A stretch of 64,000 bases of DNA from the NCBI RefSeq assembly GCF_006345805.1, contig NW_021832275.1, positions 1 to 64,000 of the forward strand. Direction: 5' to 3'. Made by a program: the position numbers and the translations under genes. The notes under the pieces are model-generated. The model was not told the origin of the DNA and did not search any database. It saw nothing but the letters and a program-made list of their open reading frames with translations. This stretch comes from Octopus sinensis. Taxonomy: Eukaryota. Every line of letters begins with the position of its first letter. The stretch's first letter is position 1. Of this stretch, positions 25,407-39,470 are shown one piece after another.

Positions 25407-25815
25407 ACTCTTTACTCTTTTACTCTTTTACTTGTTTCAGTCATTTGACTGTGGCCATGCTGGAGCACCACCTTTAGTCGAGCAAATCGACCCCGGGACT
25501 TATTCTTTGTAAGCCCAGTACTTATTCTATCGGTCTCTTTTGCCAAACCGCTAAGTGACAGGGATGGAAATACACCAGCATCGGTTGTCAGGCAATGCTA
25601 GGGGGGACAAACACAGACACAAACACATACATATAAATATATATATATACATACATTTATACGACAGGCTACTTTCAGTTTCCATCTCCCAAATCCACTC
25701 ACAAGGCATTGGTCGGACTGGGGCTATAGCAGAAGACACTTGCCGAAGATGCCACGCAGTGGGACTGAACCCGGAACCATGTGGTTGGTTAGCAAGCTAC
25801 TTACCACACAGCCAC
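25407..25815 (-). mobile_element. tRNA-derived SINE with (AAGAGT)n tail
   Basis: A-box-like GTGGCTGTGTGGT, B-box GGGTTCAGTCCC (25761-25772); 3' half also present at 41220-41428. Confidence 0.88.
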
Positions 25816-25827
25816 TATATGTATATA

Positions 25828-25873
<46 letters not shown>

Positions 25874-25884
25874 CATTATTTACA

Positions 25885-26190
25885 CATACATGGCCCAGTG
25901 GTTAGGGCAGCGGACTCGCAGTCGTAGGATCGCGGTTTCGATTCCCAGACTGGGCATTGTGAGTGTTTATTGAGCGAAAACACCTAAAGATCCACAAGGC
26001 TCCGGCAGGGTGGTGGTGGCGATCCCTGCTGTACTCTTTCGCCACAACTTTCTCTCACTCTTTCTACTGTTGGCCTGCCTGCTTAGCCAGCGGGGTGGCG
26101 TCATTTGAAGGCTAAAACAATGCGAAGCGCATTGTGACCAGCGATGTTTAACAACATCTGATAGCCTGGTCGGTCGCGGTGATCACGGTG
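25885..26190 (+). mobile_element. Second tRNA-derived SINE family
   Basis: A box TGGCCCAGTGG (25891-25901), B box GGTTTCGATTCCC (25934-25946); decayed relative at ~42780-43010. Confidence 0.85.
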
Positions 26191-26199
26191 ATGTATGTA

Positions 26200-26238
<39 letters not shown>

Positions 26239-26289
26239 ATATATATATGTATCTATGCATATATACATATGTATGTGTATGTATATATA

Positions 26290-29200
26290 TAACTTAACTT
26301 AAAAAGGTTTTGGCCAGTATTGTTCCTGGCCATGTCTAACTTAATAGCACCACCTGGCGAAGTCTTTCAATTCAGGATTTGGGCACCAAGGCCCATTCAA
26401 GTAGAGATTTATTGTTTGTGGAGACTTCTTGAATTTTATGTGGTCAGTATCTGTTTTGACATGTCCTGGTGTAATGTTGAAGAGAATGGGTCCAATTGAG
26501 GTGAAATAATTGTGCCATATCGTTGTTATGAGATGCGATTTAGATTTTTGTTGTGGACGGATGGCATGTGTTCCAAGCCTTTGATGTATTTTGAAGATGA
26601 TGCCAACATCATTCGGATAGTGCTGATGGAATATTTTCCACATCATACAGATAATGTAGCATTCACGGCGTCGTTGGAGTGAATACAGTTTCAGCTTTTT
26701 TAGTCCTACCCCAGTAGTCGAGGTCTGACATGCCATCTATTTTGTGATTAAGCTTTGGGGAGCTTCAATTCTCGTAATATTTTGTTTCGTGTAGGGAGAC
26801 AGCAGTATTCAAGGTGGGGGTCAGGCATTCAGTGGACAGCAGTATTCAAGGTGGGGTCAGGCAAAAGTGGAGAAAGAAGGATAATGTTGTGGGAATCTCT
26901 CGACTGGAAGGTTCTGAGAATCCAGGAACACATTCTGCGGGCCATGTCAACTTTGCTGCTTATATGTGTAGCCCAGCTTATGTTGTTGTCCACAGTTACT
27001 CCCAAGTCTCTGATGTTGTTGGATGCCATGAGAATTTCTCCAGATGGAAGGGAGTATGGGAGTTTCAGAGCGTCCTCCCTTCCAAAGTGGATCAGTTCGA
27101 ATTTGTCTTCATTTAGCAACATGTTGTTCTTTTCCGCCCATTGGTCAACAGCCAGTAGGTCTGACTGAAGGCTTATCCGGTCATCCATGCCATTGATGAC
27201 CTTCTGGAGCTTGGAATCATCAGCGAAGATTCTAATGTTACTGTGTTTGATGATGTCAGTAATATCATTAATGTAGATGATGAAGAGAAGTGGGCCCAAC
27301 ACAGTGCCTTGTGGGACACCACTACTGACTTTGGCTGGGCTGGATTTGATTCCTTCGACTACAACATGTTGGGTTCTGTTAGACAGGAAGCACTTGATCC
27401 ACTGCAGCAACTTTCCAGTGACACCAATATTGGACAGCTTTCTCAAAAGGATCTTATGATCAACCCTGTCAAAGGCCTTGCTGAAATCAAGGTAGATGAC
27501 ATCAGTGTTGGAACCCTCTCCCAAGGCTCTCAAAATGTCATCAAAATGCGTCAGGCAATCCCTTCCATGACGGAATCCATGCTGGTTGGAGTTCAGCATA
27601 TTATGACTCTCAAGGAAGTGAGTCATACACGATCTCGGCACTCTCTCAAATACCTTAATGATATGAGAGGTGAGTGAGGTTGGACGGTAATTCACGGCAA
27701 GCGATTTGTTTCCTTTTTTGAAAACTGGGACAACAGACTGGGATAGAAGGTCTTCTGGTATATATCCAGCATCCAGTGCATTCCGCCACAGATTGGCTAG
27801 AGTGGGTGCAAGTTGGTGTTGACACATCTTCAAGACACAAGCAGGGAACCTATCGGGACCTGCTGCTGAATTATGCTTCATTTCCTTTATTGCTGCTAAG
27901 ACATCAGGAGCGCCAAAGGTTATGCCCGATAAAGTGTATTGGGGAGTAACATCACTGATACAGCCCAGATCAGCCATATCAGGATTGCAGAAAACAGAGC
28001 AGTATTGTTTCTGCAACATCTCTTCCATGGTTTTGGCATTGTCTTGAAGAGTATCATTTTCATCAATCAGAGGGCCAACAGTAGAACCAGTGACTCTATG
28101 TGATTTTGCAAATGAAAAAAACACTTTGGGATTGAGTTTGATCTTCTCAATGGCCCCAGGCCTCTTCAGCTCTTCTCTGACTATTGATGATAGACATCAT
28201 GTTATTTTGGAGGTTATGTTTTTTTAATCTCTAGCGACGAGATGGCAGTCAGGTTGGTGTGTTGCTGTTGACAGTATTTCAGCTTGTTGATTTTTTTGTT
28301 AATTCTTTTAATTTTCCTGATGAGTGTTTTTCTATTTCTAGGGATTCTGCACTTAGATTTGTTTACAGATCTTAATGGGGTGTGTTTTGCACATATGTTC
28401 GTAATGGTGTCTACAAATGACTGCTAGGACGTTTTGATGTTTTTGATGTTAGTGGGTGTGTATGTGTGTGTGAAGGACCAATCGACTTGTGCAAGATCAT
28501 TATTGATCTCTTCCCAGTTTGCATTGTGAAATCCATAGTGTCAAATGGATGGACAGGAGGGATGACATTTGTTTTGCATTTTGGCCAGTGAAATCTCGGA
28601 TCACAGAGAGCAGAGTTTTCTCCACTGCAATATTGTGGATAGTATCAGTGTGATTGCTGAAAATTAAGTTTAGGACGTGTTTGTGACATCTCGTTGGTTC
28701 GAGCACCAGTTGGGACAGGAAGAAATCATCCATGGAGTCAAGAAGCGATTCCACTGCCTCCCTGTCAGGGGTTGAGAGAGAAGAACCTGGCGGCAGACTG
28801 TTTGTAGACCAGTCTTTCCCGGGAAGGTTGAAGTCTCCCATCATTAAGATGTTGTCAGGTTGACACTGCTGAATGAAACACTTTATGTTGTTGAGGCATT
28901 CCTTGAAGCATGGTAGGAGCATTTGGGGTGGTCTGTAGAGCCCAACTACTATTAAGTTGTTAGTTTGACTGAATACAGCGACTGCTTCACAGTATCCATT
29001 GGAAAATATGTTCATAGCCTCTGTTGAGAATGAATCATGAACATAAATGGCAGTCCCACCCTTTCTTCTGCCAGCACAATCAGCACGAATGGATTTGAAA
29101 GTTTTAATTTTCATCTCGGCTTCCAAGTGGCGGTTACTAAGATGAGTTTCAGTGAGGACAAAGAAAGGGATGTGGTTTGGATGGGCATCGACCCAGTCCT

Positions 29201-30118
29201 CCAGGAATTTTATCTTCCATTTTTGAGTATTGGTGGAAGGGCTGATGCCTTGGGCATTAAGCAAAAATGTTGCCGCGAGAGTAGATGGTTTTAATTGTTT
29301 TGGTGTTTTGTTTATTTGATTGCTTTTTAGTGGCATGTGCAGTGGGGTGATAGTGGTGGATGGTGGTGGGTGATAGCTCGGATGTTTTTTCCAGTTCTTT
29401 TGCTAGATTCATTATAGCTAAAAAAGAGGAAGAAGTTTCCTGTTTAGGGAACTGTTGGTGACTGTGGTTGTGGTTATTTTTATGAGTGGTTATTTCTATA
29501 TGAGTCGTAGGTTTTTTTGCTTTTATTTTTATTTTTATTATCATTTGTCCGACGAGTCCCCGGGAGATGGGTAAAGGGACAATCCCTGTGCAAACACAAT
29601 CTGTCTCGCTGGTAATAGCGGCAGATTTGGGGATTCCTTGTTTGAGATATTGGTAGTTGTGGCGGTGTTGTAATAGAGTATGTATGGTGGTGGCTGTTGT
29701 AGTTTGTAGGGATAGAGCGTTTTGTCCCAGGTAAATGGGTGAATTTGCAGTCTCTATCAGTGCATAATCTATGGCAGAGAGAATAACGGCAAATGATGGG
29801 GTTTCGAGTGGGTGTGTATGTGCGCGAGTTGTGAGAGGCGTAGATGATAGTTTGTTGAGGTTTTGTTGACCTTTGTGACCAGTGGGAGGTAGAGTTCTTG
29901 AACAAGTAGTAGGAGGTATATTCCTTGAGGTAGCAGCAGCAGCAGCAGTAGCAGTAGTAGTAGTAGTAGTAGTTGTAGTAGTAGTAGTAGTAGTAGTAGT
30001 AGGCAGAAGAGATGATGTTGACAGTGATGATGACTGAGCTACTGGGGCAGTGAAAGGAAGGGATGGTGCTTCCTGCTGTGAGACCCTGGTGACTGGGGGG
30101 GTCAAGGAGTGGTTATAC

Positions 30119-30120
<2 letters not shown>
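26290..30120 (-). mobile_element. Near full-length decayed CR1/Jockey-group LINE: ORF1 remnant with CCCH repeats, APE (28500-29336), RT (26829-28124), (AAGTT)n tail
   Basis: LTETHL, RRKGGTAIYV, YRPP, MGDFNLP; NYRPTSLTS, QHGFRHGR, YLDFSKAFD, GVPQGTVLGP, FADD, DLGV. Confidence 0.92.
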
Positions 30121-30175
<55 letters not shown>

Positions 30176-30399
30176 CATGTATCTATATGTATGTATATAT
30201 GTGTGTATGTATATATATACATATATATATATACATGTATCTATATGTATGTATATATGTGTGTATGTATATATATACATATATATATATATACACACAC
30301 AGATCAAAATACATAAATACACCATAACATATATACACATACAGATATATTGAAAACTGTCTGGTGTATTGAATATTAAAATAATAAAATTGTACAATA

Positions 30400-31900
30400 T
30401 ATTAATATGATATAATTAAGCGTAATATAAATATATAAATTTTTAAAAATATATATAAATTTAAAATTTAGATATGCAAATGAGTAAAAATCTAACCTTG
30501 GCAAAATTTAAATTGAGATTTGCAAAACAGTTGAAGGCATTCTTAAAAGTCATATGTAAAATATGTACCAGCATTGTAATACTAAAAGATGTTTATATTT
30601 TAGGTGTAAAAGCTAAATTCAAATGCAAAAGTGAAAAAATTACCCTTATGGTACTTTTCCAGCTGACATTTTAAATCTTATAGCGTACCTGCAAGAATTT
30701 AGGAGCTCTTGTCTTTGGTTCAGTGCATGTTTATCCTGGAACAGGATGAAGAGCTTTTCAGAGATGTAGAGATTACATCTCACTGGTCATCTGTATGCTC
30801 TATGTTTATATGGTACTGCTTTCTCCAAAATTGTTCAGCTGATACTGAAAGGATGGATATCATTTTCCTTCAATTGTCAGATGTGTTTTGCAAGACTTGT
30901 TGCTGTCCTATTTCGGGGTATTGAAAAGAATTTCGGTGGGAATAAAACCTAGTCTTGAAGGAATTTTCCGAAGCTCCTGTGTATGTTTTATATTCTTGTG
31001 AGCTTTCTATTTGTACATTAGCTCTATAAACTATTCCTTTACCAAGACATTTTCCTTCTAATGGACAGTAACTCTTATCTTTGAAATTGCAATTCTTCTG
31101 GTTAAATTCAGCACTGTGGTTGCTTCTAATGATTTTTGTGTTGTGCTGATTAATTAAAGAGGCAAAGTTTTTGCAACAAGACTAGCTAACCTTCAGCATC
31201 TTCCTATTAAAAATTCTATAGAACTAATAGCTAGTTTGAAAATGCTTAGAAGCTAGTTCTAATAATTTTCTACCTATATTTGTTTTTACGGCAATGTTAA
31301 ATGCCAGATTAAATCACAAAACTTTCCTAATTCTAGTTCTACGTCTTCTGTTATTGCTAGAAGTAGTTTGACTATACTGGATCTTCTCTGAGAATCCACT
31401 GTTCCTTAAGGTAATTATTATAATACGGTACAGCATGTTGAAATGCTGTCTCATCTGAAAATATGCATGATATGCACCTTCCTGTATTACTAACTAGATT
31501 CTTAAGAATTATGGGTGGATGATTTGAATCTTTGTTAATATAAATTAGTTGGGTTTAAATTTATCTAATTGCAAATCTAAGTTAATATCTAAAAAATCTA
31601 CATTATTAAGGTTACTACATTATTAAGGTTACTTTACTACATTATTAAGGTTATTAGCTGACCTTATATGGAAATTAAAAGCAGACAAGGTAAAATATAC
31701 TTTAAATTGGTCAATAATGAAGCATGCACATCTATTTGGTGCCCTCACCAGGAAGTGCAGATTATGCTCAGAAGAATCACAATGTATATTGTTGAGCAAT
31801 GAAAGAGTTATTAACAAATTCTTGGAAGAGTAATAAAACGCAAACACAAGATGAAATTCACCTTTTCACAATATAATAGGAGTAATTAATTAATTATGGA
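30400..31900 (-). mobile_element. Decayed 5'-truncated PLE (Nematis-like: RT thumb, Cys linker, GIY-YIG); not in the ORF track
   Basis: Manual translation: VDFLDINLDL, SNHPP, KVL*FN..VKTNIGRKLL, NCNFKDKSYCPLEGKC, IVYRANV, TYTG, FKTRFYSH, RCNLYISEK; several stops. Confidence 0.85.
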
Positions 31901-32589
31901 TTACTTAGATTAATAGCCAGCCAACTCAGTCTCTCCTTCAGTGGATATACTCTTGTATAAATGTTAGGTGTACACATTGTGAAGTTACTTTCTGAACCTG
32001 CTGTGTTTTTTTATATTGATATTGTACGTAATTGTATGCAGACTTACATGTACAACTGTCAAAAAATACTTTTTACTGAATGATGAACAGATCATTAACA
32101 GATGGTCCATTAGATGGCATATATGCAAAATTAGACTGAAGTGCATTATTAACTATTATTGACTGTATAATCAATGAATGTATATAGACTGACCATATGC
32201 TTATAGTTTGAGCCTAATGTACTATGTTATTGAAATTATATTTTCATTGTGTGAAAACTCATACATCAATTGATCAATTATCCATTGTTTGAAAGAATAT
32301 GTATGCATGAATATATGAAAGTAGCCAGAGGAAAATGAACAGAGATGTATGAATACTCATATGTGTAATTAAAATACACATGTGCATATATGTATGTGAG
32401 TGTGTATATTAATGGGTGTATATGTATGTGAGTGTATGCCTCTGTGTATATATATATAAACTGGTTAATGTGCATGTGTATGGGTGTATGCAACAGCTGC
32501 ATAGACGACAGTGTGTGTGTCAATACCTATAGACTGAGTTTGTGTATATCCATATATATCTGTCAGTGTGTGCATGTGTGTTTATGTGC

Positions 32590-32930
32590 ATCAGAGACTA
32601 TTACACATTTTGGTCTCATGTTCTTGAATGTGGTTGGTCAGGAAATTATTCCTCATTCTTGTTGCTGTATTTCTATATTTTGGGGTTATGACTCTTTCTT
32701 GAGGACATTTGGAAATAGTGATGAATGGAAAAATCATTGCTCAGATGTGTGGAGGAGGATGGAAGAAGGTGACATATATAGACTGGTATTGCTATAACAA
32801 CCAGTCTACTTCATGTAGTTCTTTCCTGTTGTTAATCACTAGTCTCAATTTGTTTATAAGGAGGTTGTCCATGATTTTGGGATTGCTCCTGTTGCATTGT
32901 GCAGCCCTGACGGATACTTTAAAAGATTTT
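32590..32930 (-). mobile_element. Decayed PLE 3' fragment homologous to 42150-42400, with an HHR relic at 32670-32707
   Basis: Aligns by eye with 42190-42380 (ggacatttggaaa, cattgctcagat, tcatgtagtt..cctgttgttaat). Confidence 0.65.
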
Positions 32931-33585
32931 GTATGCTTCTACTTTATCTATATTCAAAAAATTTTCTCCTACTATGACATCATGAACACTTCAAAATCAT
33001 ATTTCCAATCATAAAGTACTTCAAAAATTATTTTAGTAAGTTTAAAATGATTTTTGGACTGTAGACCATTTGCCATTTCTGTGATAACCACTTCCCTTGA
33101 TGCCCTAAGAACATAATTATTTTGTTTAATAGTTAATTTAGTGCTGATCATTCTACATTCTAACATAATTTACTATATTTCCTTTAGTTCTTTTGTCATG
33201 ACTATTAATATTCATACAGTAATGTTCATTTAATAAATTTGTACCAATCCAAATCACACAAAAGCAAGCCTTTAATTTGTTTAATCAGTAAAATTTGTTT
33301 GAATTCCATTTTTATCTCTGTCAAATAGTGCACAAATACTACTTCATTCCAATAAAATTGAATGTCTTTTTTCTTGGAACCCAGCCATAATAAATATAAT
33401 TTTTCTAATGCATCTGATGTATATTTTTAAAAAACATTTGAAAATGTTATCTTTATATTCTTAGTATAATATGTAACTAGGATATAAATTTCACTAGTTA
33501 AAGTTCTAAGTTGGTAGCCTTCATTAATCAACAATAGGTCCACATAGAAAATTGTATTTACATTTTTAAAAAATTATATAAAATA

Positions 33586-36500
33586 CTAGCTGAAATACCC
33601 AGCGTTGCCCGAGTTAATGACTCAGAGAATTAACAGTAACATCGCAAACCTCTTTTTTATTCTTCTTTTAAGAATATAGTTTGATATCCATATTTCAAGC
33701 ATATGCAAGTTCAATTCTGAAAAAATTTGTACACAAATTCAAATCTTTTGAATCGTTTTTCTATTTCAGTTTAAACTTACCCCTATCCTAACTCAAAACT
33801 GTAATCCTAGATGCTAACACAAAACCCTAACGTTAAATGCTAACCCTCAGCTCTTACCTTAAAACTTTACTCAAGATTCTAATCCTAATTTTATCCCTAA
33901 AATCTAAACTACAATACTAACCCTAATATTAAATCCTAAACCCAAGCCTCAACACCAGCCTTAATGTTTGTGTGGAATCATAATGTATGTTTGAAACATA
34001 TACTTCTAAAGAAAAATCTGGAACATTAAAATAGTTACCATACGTAACTTTAGAATTATGCAGGACAAAAAAGTGATAAGTATTGCAATTTTGAAAAACT
34101 TTTCGTTTGCAGGATTGTAATATCTAGTATTTAAAACATAGAGAGTGGAGAAGTGCGCATGTATGCACACACACACACAAGGGTTACCTGGTGTTACTCT
34201 GGAGCCAACTGCCATATGATACTGTTTTGCCATGCTAAATGCATTTTTGCATTTCATTTTTAAGATCCCTATTTTTGGCCCATGTCCTTTCATCTCTTAA
34301 TTTCATCACTATTTATTCTAAATCTAGAACTTCCTTATATTACATGTTTTTCCATAAGGAGCATATGTAAAAAGATTGTGTGGACTTCCAACTCTTGCTA
34401 TATACTGTTTACCCATGAGAAAAACAATTTTCTTCAAGTTGTAGCCTAGCAACAAATAACATTTGTCCCTGTGATTTATTTATAGACATAACAAAGCTGA
34501 GTTTCACTGAAAAGTGTAGCCTTTTGAGTACAAAAAATATTTCTGTGTCAGATGGAATCAAAGGTATTCTCGATATAAGTGCCTCTTCTCCCATAAAACA
34601 CCCAGTCAAAATAGTAGCCTGAATAATATGAGGTATTAATTTTTTAACTACCAGTCTAGTGCAATTACACAACCAAAGCTGATCAAGGTTCCATAGTAGC
34701 ATGATGATGGCTCCTACCTTTAAGAGAAATCTGTGTGGTGGAAACCCAGAAGGTTCCAAAGAATTTAAGAATTTAACAGGATAATTGACAGCCTCTTCAG
34801 GATCTGGAACTGAAGTTTATGTATTTCCTGAAATGGTGTTGACCGTGATATTTTTTAGCGCAAGTATTGCTCTTTCATGGTGGTCTTGAAAGTTTGGAAA
34901 AACACTTACTATTAGTTCATTGAGAAATGAAATTGATATACTAATTAGAGATATACCTAAACAATTATTTTCATCTAGAGGTACTCTACCTTCTCCATGT
35001 TCCCATAAATTTTGAGCAAATTCTCAGACTATACATTGCCCGAAAGAATGGCTCTCATGTTCTAAGTTAGGCTCATTTTTTTTTACGTATCTCCACAAAT
35101 AGGACTTCAAGCTCACTGTTAACTCATCTGCCTTAGTGTCCTTTGGAATTACAGGCAAAGTCTGACAAAATCTCCTGAGAGTACAGTGGTAACCCCACCC
35201 GTTAATAAACTAGAATTTCTTAAATTTTGCAAGTTTCGATTTAGAGCTTCCAAAGTCTTTTTGTTGGCCATCATACATTCATCCCAAATAATGGGATGAC
35301 AATTCTTTAGCATTTGTCCCATCCAAGATGTTTTGCTAATATTACGAACTATTGTCTCAATGCTAGCTATATTCAAAGGCAATTTGAAAGTAGAGTGAGC
35401 TATTCTTCCCGGGAGTAAAGTAGCAGCAATGCCTGAAGAAGCAACAGCCAAAGCTATTTTTTTCTCTTGTCGCATTTTGGCAAGTAAAAGCTTGGTGACA
35501 AATGTTTTGCTAGTTCCTGTGGGAGCATCAAGAAAAAAAAAACCCTCCCATTTGATCAAAAACCTTTTCTAGTATTATATTGTAGAATACTTTTTGTTCA
35601 AGCAACAATTTTGGTTCATTTTCACTAACATATCTCTTGAGAGGTTTTCCATGTTGTAAGAAGTTTCATTTAAGAGATATGTTGTTGAACCATCAAGTTC
35701 AGAACAATTGGTATGGGGAAGTCCATACTCATGCATTCATTCCCTTTCATAGAAACAACTTTGTCTTCAATGGCAATTAATGTGACATTGAAGATTTCAT
35801 TGCTCATCATCATCATCATCGTTTAATGCCTACTTTTCATGCTGGCATGGATTGGATGGTTTGACTGAGGACTGGTAAGCCAGAGGCTGCACCAGGTTCA
35901 ATCGGATCTGTATTCTATTTTTGTGCCAGGACATTGTAATTAAATCTGGTACTTGTAATCTTCCACAAGATAATTTCTGTATCTTAGCCATATTGATCCT
36001 GGTTCCCCTACATCACAGTATTTAAGGAGAATGGCAAGCAGTGTTCTTAAATTGCCTCCTGTGCAAGACACAGAAGCCTCTGACATAGTTGCCATCCAAT
36101 GACTATCATTCTGTAACAAACCTAACTTAAAAGCTGCTTCTCTATTCAAAGCACAAACATAATCATCAACAGTTTGAAGGTCGATAAAACATGTGGGACC
36201 ACAAATTTCATGGAGAAGCAATCATAAGTAAAAATATTCCTGCTGAGTTAGATGCACAGTATAAACTCTTCCAAGAACATTGTCAAATTGGATATCAGGA
36301 TAATCATCAATCTCAGTGCCTCTTTTTCTGCGATTCCATTGCTGGTTGTTCCATGTATAATATGACGGTAATTGATAGTAAAACAGGTTTTTAGCAAAAG
36401 AGTTTTTCTGGCAAAGTTTGAAAAATGTTGTTAATGTAGTCTCTCTTGGAGTTAGGGATTGCTGAGCTGCAGTTTCTGTAGTGAAATATATTCTTTGCCC

Positions 36501-39470
36501 ACTCTCTAAATGAACTAAGAGTTGTTTCACTGGAGGATATTGTTCATGAATAGATAAGCCAAATATTCTCCAAAAAGCCCGATTGCTGCAAATATACCAC
36601 CCCATTTGGAAGTGTGTCACTTCATCTTGAAATGTCTGTTGTTGAAGGGTGAACATTGCAGCATCATAACCCTTATTGACATATTTACAAATGTACTTAA
36701 TTGACTTTATAGAATTACAATATTCAACATATATGTGAGTATTGAATGTCTTAGACAAAAGAGGGCAGTAAGGCACTATCCATTGATTACCAATTGTATG
36801 GTGACCAGTTTTTATTTCAAAATCTCCATCTTGTGGTGCCCTTCTTTCTGTATGATGGATATCCGTCATTACCCATTTGCATTTCTTTAATGAAATTTTT
36901 AGGATAATGTTTCAATACACTTCTTGTCTTTCATGCAAGGTGCAGTTGGTTGAGGTCACCACATGGTCCATGAACCATGTTTGATGTTACAATTTCATAA
37001 AGTTCTTTGTCTTTTGTGGAGTTTGGAATTTCTGCTGAGATTATGGAATCAATCTCATCAGTTTGAATTTTCTGCAAAAGACAGATTAATATATGTGTGT
37101 GAGGTAGGCCTCTTTTTTGTCATTCAGTGGTATATATGTAGCAACATACTGGTCAAAATATTTAAAACTTAGTTATGAAGTCCATCAATTTTGAAATGTT
37201 GAGATGAAAAACTCTTGCAATTAGGCCGTGTCTGTTGATGTATAACTGTCTTGGAAAAAGTTCAGTTTGGATTTCGTTTCATTTGGGATTGCAAGTAAAA
37301 ATGATGAAAAGATTAGGACGTCCATAATTACGCACATAAGTCATAGCATCCTGTGTCCTCTCATTCATATATCTTGGGCTTCCTGTAAAATTGGATGGGA
37401 GAATACAAAATTGTCCAAGCCCTGTCCCAGCAATATCATTGTTAATGCCATCTTGTAAATGCACATATGATTCTGAATGTAGTTCTTTTTGGTACCTTTT
37501 TATGTAGCACAACCTCTCCGACTCTATTTTGGCATACATATCAACAACATACTGGTGAAAAAGATCTTGGCAATAGTGAAGATGATTAAACAAATTGCTT
37601 CAAATCATCAATCGATGAACATGATAATTCATACAGGATACAGTTCCTTTGGAAATGATTCCTCCAACTTGTCGTATACCAAAGTGGTATCCATCTTCTC
37701 CGATAGCAAAAAGCAAGGGATATTGTAAAGCATCATATGAACGATGAGTTTCATTTATGAACGTGATGCTATTGTCACGATATTTCAAAACAGTATCTCA
37801 TTTACCATAGTGTTCTCCAACCATGATAATGGCCACTTCATTACACTCAGGAACATTGAATCAATGGACATGTTCTCCAGCTGGTTTTTTGTTGGTATTG
37901 ATGACAACTTGAAGGTCCACAGTTGAAATATATTCTAAAGCATACTGAAAGCTTCTCACATAAGAATTCTTTTCATGAAGCATTTCTTGCAGCTAAAAAT
38001 AAGTTATAATCTTTTACCTGGACAATTCTTGTTACAACACTGTGCTTCTTTTGAACGTCACCTATAAAATATATTTGTAAAAATTGTGGATCATTATTCT
38101 GTAAAGGCTTAAGAGAACCAATTCTATGGTAAATTTGTCATTGCACTTTAAAAGTCGGTATAAACCCACTTTCCCTAATAATTTTTGTTCCAAATGGTGT
38201 CATATGAAAAGCACAATTGTATGCTCACATATTTTTAAGAAAGTGTTTTGATTCTGAAGTGGTACCCAAAAGTGGATATGTTGTAAGTTCTGGGGGCTCA
38301 ATTATTTGTAAATGGACTTTACCTTTAGAACAACACATACTTAAGGATTCCTTGTCCCACTTCATAACACCCCACTTTTCACATGTTTTGCACATAGAGC
38401 CCAGGGAGACAATTTTTTCAGATGCATAATTACAATTAGGATCATAATTAAATGCTACACCTTGCCATTGAAATTGTCTATACATTTTCTGCTGATTTTC
38501 TCTGGAAAGTTTTCTCTTTTTTAGTTGTATTTTTCAGTCACTTTCACTTTTTTGTTTTCTATTTATTCTACCTTTTTTTCCTTTTTTGCAATTGTATTTC
38601 TTTGTTTTTTTGTTTTTTTTCTTGTACTTTTTTATTTCTATAATTTTCTGTCTTTCTCTGCAATCTTATTTCCCTATCTTTATCATCTTGTTCTCTTGTC
38701 CTCCTCTCATATTCCCTCATTTTTTGCAACCTAACTTTCTAATGGTTTTTACTTTATTCCACAATTTTCGTATTAAGTGTTTGAATTCTTATTCTTTTGT
38801 CTTTTTTACTGTCTTGTGATACTTCATTTCCTTCTACATTTCTTTCATGCTCATGGTTGTTTATGGGAAAGAGAGCCTCATAGTGGCAGTTGTCAATTTT
38901 GCTTCTATATAACACTGAAATCTTTCTTTCTGTAACTGTTCAACTGCAAATGGTGAACAGAGGAAGAATAATTTCATCGTCATTTTTGTGATGAACCTGA
39001 ATTTCAACATTGTACAATTCATTAATGGCAGCTAATTCAACATTACCAATGTATGTTTCGTCCCTACTCATGTATACTTGGTATTCCTGCATTGTACTAT
39101 TAAGAATAAAAGAATGAAAATACTTCCAATTATTGCATATGTATTGTATGGACTCTTCCTGGAGAGTTCGGTAATTTCTGTTATTTTTGAACAAGAGTGA
39201 CACAGTTTTGAACATACAGTTACCATCACCCATGACTTTATTAAAGGAGTGAATTAATAAATTAATGTAATTGTTGAATATTTTTCATTAAATTCAGTAA
39301 GGGACTTCATCTTCAGCTTAAACTTTAGATGGTTTTGTGAACAGCATGTGATAGAAAATTAGAACTCCAAAAGGGATGAGATACTAAATGATAGCAATTT
39401 CTCCTTTAGAAATCTGTCTTTCTATCTTTGCGATAGATGAATGAGTGATTATAATTTTTTTATAAACTAT
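33586..39470 (-). mobile_element. Decayed Helitron (OTU-like protease, Rep, Pif1 helicase); 3' end CTAG|T with weak subterminal hairpin; 5' end approximate
   Basis: GDGNC (38940-39233), [90 protein letters not shown]; CTAG at 33586-33589. Confidence 0.93.
35805..35910 (-). mobile_element. RTE 3'-end fragment nested in the Helitron
   Basis: catcatcatcatcgtttaatg...catgctggcatggattggatgg matches RTE tails at 23158 and 52020. Confidence 0.75.

Noticed and set aside
25885-25960. Genuine tRNA genes at 25.8, 25.9 and 60.7 kb
   Set aside because: A/B boxes are present, but no complete cloverleaf or terminator was seen and they run into SINE bodies.
29257-30222. 321-aa ORF as a host mucin-like gene
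   Set aside because: Starts in a microsatellite and is driven by (CTA)n triplets; it overlaps the LINE ORF1 remnant in another frame.
30660-31330. Three conserved Trp positions in the PLE relic all read TGA (alternative code or selenocysteine?)
   Set aside because: The same frame has TAG stops and indels, the positions are Trp rather than Cys, and TGG to TGA is a single transition; ordinary decay explains it.
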